Part shown: one piece after another, positions 59,462 to 64,000 of the stretch
Position numbering within the stretch: the first letter of the stretch is position 1
Layout: each line of letters opens with the position of its first letter
DNA from: Phormidesmis sp.
GTDB lineage: Bacteria; Cyanobacteriota; Cyanobacteriia; Leptolyngbyales; Leptolyngbyaceae
Length of the DNA: 64,000 bases
Assembly (NCBI GenBank): GCA_965248535.1
Contig: CBDFJR010000005.1
Coordinates: 672,001-736,000, forward strand
Reading direction: 5' to 3'
Program-made: the position numbers and the translations under genes
The notes under the pieces: generated by a model
The model's database searches: none
The model's input: only the letters and a program-made list of their open reading frames with translations
What the model was told of the DNA's origin: nothing

Positions 59462-61531
59462 TTAGTCTGGCGCGATCTGGATGTCCTGCTGTGCCGCAGG
59501 TGCCTCTAGGGTTTCGGGCAGCTTGATCGGAGCTTGAGGAGACTCGATCGGGCTAGAGATTGGGCGGCGAACTTGATTCGGTGGTCTGCTCGGCTGAGAT
59601 GCCTTTAGTGGGTCAGGTTGTTTTGGTTCAACGGGTTTGACTTCGACAGGGCGAGGCGCGATCGCGGGAGTTGACTGGCTCGGTGACGTTAACGGAATGC
59701 CTAACCGTCGCTCTAGATCCGTTTTTAGCAAGGGGTTGGGAGATTCAGGTTGCTTTGTTTCGGCTGGCTCAGGGGTGGGAGCCTCGATTTTGGCTGAAGG
59801 CGCAGGACTCGGTAAAGGCTTGGGTGAGTCAGGGCGACGGAAGCGATCGTAGAAGCTACTCTTCGGTTCAGCTTTAGGAACGGTAACTTCCGGCAAGGTC
59901 TCTATGTCAGGTTCAGCTTCTTTAGGGACTTCGACGGGCGCAGGTGAAACACTGGGAGACGGACTAGGCGACGCTTTCAGACTTTCTGATGGGCGACGGA
60001 AGCGATCGTAAAAACTACTCTTCGGCGGCGCAGTTTTTTGAGGAGCGGGCGCTTCAGGAACTTTGGTTTCTGGGATTTCGAGAGCAGGTTTCTCGATCGG
60101 CTCCTCAAGCTCAGGCGGCACCCTGAGAGTTGGCTCAGGAACAACAATAGGTGAGGGTTTCGAGCTTTCAGGACGACGGAAGCGATCGAAGAATCCTGCC
60201 TTGGGAGTTTTTTCAATAGGGGCAGGCTGATCGTTTTCTAACTTAGGCGCAGGTTCAACAATTGTCTTGACCGGAGCCGGAATCACACTGGGGATCGGTT
60301 CGGGCGCGGGGCTAGGAGACGGCGCGATCGTTTCAGCCGGGCGACGGAGACGATTGAAAAATCCACCTTTTGGTTCTTTCGAGGGCTGAGACTCTTCAGA
60401 TTTGGGTGGGTCTGATGGCTCTATTTTGGGAGCAGGGGCGACGATCGCGGGTTCTTTGACCTCTGGCGACGGCTTGACGACGGGTAGAGAGGGCACGATC
60501 GGAGATGGCACAACGGGCGCTACAGTTGGAGTTGGAGATGGCTCAACGCTCGGTTCAGGAGTCTCAACTTTATAATCAGGATCAACAAGGCCACGAGCTT
60601 GGGCAAACGAAAGCTCATCGCGGACTAGCTTAGAAAGAGTGTCCTTTCCGTTGGGAGTATAGGTGAAGCTCCGAGCCGGGTTGTTATAGACATTTTGAAC
60701 CGGATTACCCTTCTCGTCGATATACTCCAATTGCACCCAGTTTTTGCCGGGGGTAAAGCCTTTGAGATAGAGTGGCTGCCAGCGATCGAGCACAAATTCT
60801 GAGCCGTTCACCGTCACTTTGATTCGCCAGTCTGCCACCTCGTCTTTGTCATCTTCTTGAGCCACAAGGTGCAGCGGCGCATTCGTCAAGAAAAAATCCA
60901 GCATGATCGGCTCTGCCCCGTACACCCCTTGCGGACGGCTGTAAGTCAGGAGCGGCAGTTCTGAATTAGGGTTGTTATCTGAAGTTTTGGTAAACACATG
61001 AAACGTTGTCTGAGCATAGGCTCCATCGTTTTTAAAGCTTTCGTGCCAGGGGCGGCCCGCAAAAGCGCGAATCGTGTGAGTTCCAGGAGATAAATCTTTG
61101 AGCACGATCGGCTGACTCACGTCATAGACCGCTTGATAAGGCTGGCTGTCTAAGAAAAGGTGCAGGTGAGTGCCTAACCCCAGCTTCTCATCCTTAAATA
61201 GAGGCAAATCTTTGACTTGCAGACGGACAGAAACCGTGTCATCTGGCAGCACTTCATTAGGGCGAGGCGAGACGATCGTCACCTGCGGCTCATAGCGCTC
61301 TAGCACCGCCTTCAGTTCTTGAATCACCGCTGGCGGCGACACTTCCGAAATCTTGCCTGCCAGCTTAACCGGAGCCGCTTTGGGGGCAGCCGATCGAGCC
61401 ATGACTGCGCGAGTCTGAGGGGTTTCACTGCGCGCCTTGCCGCCACACCCCCACAGATTTAGCACGCAAACCAGCAGTCCAGAGATGAATAACGTTCTTG
61501 CAACACTAGGCCAGCGATTGATCCCAAGCAC
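59462..61531 (-). CDS. Putative lipoprotein with beta-sandwich-like N-terminal domains and a long Pro-rich tail
   Basis: Lipobox-like LWGC; GTHLHLFLD, PGTHTIRAFAGRPWHESFKN; about 370 aa rich in P/E/K/S with four FxxRxRRP repeats. Confidence 0.85.
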   Translation of the reverse strand: MLGINRWPSVARTLFISGLLVCVLNLWGCGGKARSETPQTRAVMARSAAPKAAPVKLAGKISEVSPPAVIQELKAVLERYEPQVTIVSPRPNEVLPDDTVSVRLQVKDLPLFKDEKLGLGTHLHLFLDSQPYQAVYDVSQPIVLKDLSPGTHTIRAFAGRPWHESFKNDGAYAQTTFHVFTKTSDNNPNSELPLLTYSRPQGVYGAEPIMLDFFLTNAPLHLVAQEDDKDEVADWRIKVTVNGSEFVLDRWQPLYLKGFTPGKNWVQLEYIDEKGNPVQNVYNNPARSFTYTPNGKDTLSKLVRDELSFAQARGLVDPDYKVETPEPSVEPSPTPTVAPVVPSPIVPSLPVVKPSPEVKEPAIVAPAPKIEPSDPPKSEESQPSKEPKGGFFNRLRRPAETIAPSPSPAPEPIPSVIPAPVKTIVEPAPKLENDQPAPIEKTPKAGFFDRFRRPESSKPSPIVVPEPTLRVPPELEEPIEKPALEIPETKVPEAPAPQKTAPPKSSFYDRFRRPSESLKASPSPSPSVSPAPVEVPKEAEPDIETLPEVTVPKAEPKSSFYDRFRRPDSPKPLPSPAPSAKIEAPTPEPAETKQPESPNPLLKTDLERRLGIPLTSPSQSTPAIAPRPVEVKPVEPKQPDPLKASQPSRPPNQVRRPISSPIESPQAPIKLPETLEAPAAQQDIQIAPD

Positions 61532-61873
61532 CAGACAACACTCCTATAAGCAGTTTAAAACACCGTCCAACCGAGTCATCCATACGGAACTATAGCGGAA
61601 AACATCGAATCCTCTCCGCTAAATTCCTGATACCAGCGCCTAGAGCGCTGATCAGCCACTGTTTTTGCGAAGATATATTAACAATAAGTTAAGTAAAATA
61701 TTGCGCTGCTGCGGCCGATTTGAGCTTTTTTCTCAATCATTTAGGTATGTAAACTTAATCAACAGATGCTTGACTTTTTAAACTTTGCCAAAAGTCAGAA
61801 CCCAGTCATCATCAACTATCTGCCGAGTTTGAATTATTGTAAATTCCCGTCAAAAACGTTTTCATCTAAGACC

Positions 61874-62133
61874 TATAATGACTCGATGAGAACCCACAAA
61901 GGTTGCGTTCACGACGATTGCAGATATCTGACCCAGTTGTGAACAACCCCACCTCTCAAATCGATCGCTCACAGTGCACTCACAGTTACAAAGCTTCGGC
62001 TTTTGGACTTATGAACCTAGTTATCGAGTGCAGGTCAACGTGCGGCTGATTTAAGTCGCAAACGGTTTGAAGACAGAAGGGAGCCTAATTTTGGCGGATT
62101 CCTCGTTCCTTGTCTAAAGAGAGGAGAGTCTCA
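61874..62133 (+). promoter_or_regulatory. psaA promoter and long structured 5' leader (psaA RNA motif-like)
   Basis: TATAAT at 61874; hairpins GTTCAC...GTGAAC; TGCACTC...GAGTGCA enclosing AAAGC-TTCG-GCTTT; TGCGGCT...AGTCGCA; GAGGAG RBS. Confidence 0.6.
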
Positions 62134-64000
62134 ATGACAATTAGCCCACCGGAGCGCGAGGCAAAGGCACGGGTGATCGTTGATAAAGATCCGGTTCCTA
62201 CTTCTTTTGAGAAGTGGTCACAGCCAGGTCACTTCGATCGCACGCTGTCTAAAGGCCCAAAAACCACCACCTGGATTTGGAACCTTCACGCCAACGCTCA
62301 CGATTTCGATAGCCATACCAGCGATTTAGAAGACGTATCTCGGAAAATCTTTAGTGCTCACTTCGGTCATTTGGCAGTTGTGTTCATTTGGCTGAGTGGC
62401 ATGTATTTTCATGGCGCTCGCTTTTCAAACTATTCATCTTGGCTCGCAGATCCGCTTCACATTAAGCCCAGTGCTCAAGTGGTGTGGCCGATCTTTGGTC
62501 AGGAAATTCTCAATGCAGATGTCGGCGGCGGTTTCCACGGGATTCAGATCACCTCTGGGTTCTTTCAACTGTGGCGCGCTTCTGGCATTACAAATGAATT
62601 TCAGCTTTACTGCACCGCGATCGGCGGTCTAGTCATGGCTGCTTTAATGCTTTTTGCAGGCTGGTTCCACTATCACAAGCGCGCTCCCAAACTGGAATGG
62701 TTCCAGAACGTGGAGTCGATGCTAAACCACCACCTATCCGGTCTGTTTGGACTCGGCTCCCTGGGCTGGGCTGGACACCAGATTCACGTATCTCTACCCA
62801 TCAACGAGCTACTCGATCGCGGCGTTCCAGCAGATAAGATCCCTCTGCCCCACGAGTTTATTTTGAACTCGCAGCTCATGGCAGACATCTATCCTAGCTT
62901 TGCCAAAGGGCTGACTCCTTTCTTCACCCTCAACTGGGGCGAATATTCAGACTTCCTCACCTTTAAAGGCGGTCTAAACCCAGTCACAGGCGGTTTGTGG
63001 TTGACAGACACCGCGCATCACCACTTGGCGATCGCCGTTCTGTTCATCATCGCGGGACACATGTACCGCACCAACTGGGGCATTGGTCACAGCATCAAGG
63101 AAATGTTGGAAGCCCACAAAGGGCCCTTTACTGGCGAAGGCCACAAAGGTCTCTATGAGGTGCTCACCACATCTTGGCACGCGCAGCTTGCAATCAACTT
63201 GGCAATGGTTGGCTCTCTGAGCATCATCGTTGCCCAGCATATGTATGCGATGCCTCCTTACCCCTACCTGGCGACTGACTACGCCACGCAGTTGTCTCTG
63301 TTTACTCACCATATGTGGTTGGGTGGTTTCTTCATCGTCGGTGGAGCCGCTCACGGAGCCATCTTCATGGTGCGGGACTACGATCCCGTTGTGAACCAGA
63401 ACAACTTGCTCGATCGGGTGATTCGTCACCGCGATGCGATTATTTCTCACCTCAACTGGGTCTGTATCTTCTTGGGCTTCCACAGCTTTGGTCTGTATGT
63501 CCACAACGACACCATGCGTGCGTTGGGTCGCCCTCAAGATATGTTCTCTGACACGGCGATTCAACTTCAGCCTGTCTTTGCTCAGTGGATTCAAAACCTG
63601 CATACGCTGGCTCCGGGTGCAACGGCTCCTAACGCGCTGGCTCCGGCTAGTTATGCGTTTGGTGGCGGCACGATCGCAATTGGCGGCAAGGTTGCCATGA
63701 TGCCGATCGTGTTGGGCACGGCGGACTTTATGGTTCACCACATCCACGCCTTTACGATTCACGTTACAGTCCTCATCCTGCTCAAGGGCGTGCTGTTTGC
63801 TCGTAGCTCACGTCTGGTTCCAGACAAAGCTAACTTGGGCTTCCGCTTCCCTTGCGACGGCCCCGGTCGTGGCGGCACCTGCCAGGTTTCTGGTTGGGAT
63901 CACGTCTTCCTGGGTCTGTTCTGGATGTATAACTCCATCTCGATCGTCATCTTCCACTTCAGTTGGAAAATGCAGTCAGATGTCTGGGGAACGGTCAACG
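62134..64000 (+). CDS. psaA: Photosystem I P700 apoprotein A1 (3' end runs off the window)
   Basis: [28 protein letters not shown]...[10 protein letters not shown]...[29 protein letters not shown]; start and end of the visible region are in the same frame. Confidence 0.99.
   Translation, partial: MTISPPEREAKARVIVDKDPVPTSFEKWSQPGHFDRTLSKGPKTTTWIWNLHANAHDFDSHTSDLEDVSRKIFSAHFGHLAVVFIWLSGMYFHGARFSNYSSWLADPLHIKPSAQVVWPIFGQEILNADVGGGFHGIQITSGFFQLWRASGITNEFQLYCTAIGGLVMAALMLFAGWFHYHKRAPKLEWFQNVESMLNHHLSGLFGLGSLGWAGHQIHVSLPINELLDRGVPADKIPLPHEFILNSQLMADIYPSFAKGLTPFFTLNWGEYSDFLTFKGGLNPVTGGLWLTDTAHHHLAIAVLFIIAGHMYRTNWGIGHSIKEMLEAHKGPFTGEGHKGLYEVLTTSWHAQLAINLAMVGSLSIIVAQHMYAMPPYPYLATDYATQLSLFTHHMWLGGFFIVGGAAHGAIFMVRDYDPVVNQNNLLDRVIRHRDAIISHLNWVCIFLGFHSFGLYVHNDTMRALGRPQDMFSDTAIQLQPVFAQWIQNLHTLAPGATAPNALAPASYAFGGGTIAIGGKVAMMPIVLGTADFMVHHIHAFTIHVTVLILLKGVLFARSSRLVPDKANLGFRFPCDGPGRGGTCQVSGWDHVFLGLFWMYNSISIVIFHFSWKMQSDVWGTVN

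Noticed and set aside
62974..63762. 262-aa minus-strand ORF and other short ORFs over psaA
   Set aside because: Antisense or off-frame shadows of psaA.

Overview
Cyanobacterial chromosomal DNA. Evidence: very frequent HIP1 octamer GCGATCGC, plus psaA, psaL, petH, prk, ndhH, sir and a bilin lyase. Most genes are housekeeping: rarA (partial), malQ, petH/prk, valS with an inserted CAAD membrane domain, dam, rbfA, nagZ-like, an ABC-2 exporter, rsmE, sir, a selD fusion, rsmH, ndhH, agmatinase-like, FdhF/YdeP, PIN-PhoH, psaL, an M16 peptidase pair, USPs, gmk/remA, rqcH, a GDP-fucose/EPS cluster and the 5' part of psaA. Accessory DNA: a tnpB-only IS200/IS605 element with recognisable ends, three tiny TA-like cassettes (one missing its toxin) and short palindromic repeats. 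The most striking unexplained signal is a ~11-bp-phased array of DnaA-box-like 9-mers (22709-22837). It lies next to GATC repeats and HLR1/RpaB-like sites, has no dnaA/dnaN anywhere in the window, and sits directly upstream of a DUF2811 gene and a solo Cas4/RecB-like Fe-S nuclease gene. Other highlights: a membrane pseudokinase followed by a secreted protein, a stand-alone PsaL of the Pro-rich tetramer-associated type, a PsrR1-like sRNA, and three frameshifted enzymes (malQ, selD, an NAD(P)-dependent dehydrogenase) that may be assembly errors. All family calls are from motif recognition by eye; no searches were run.
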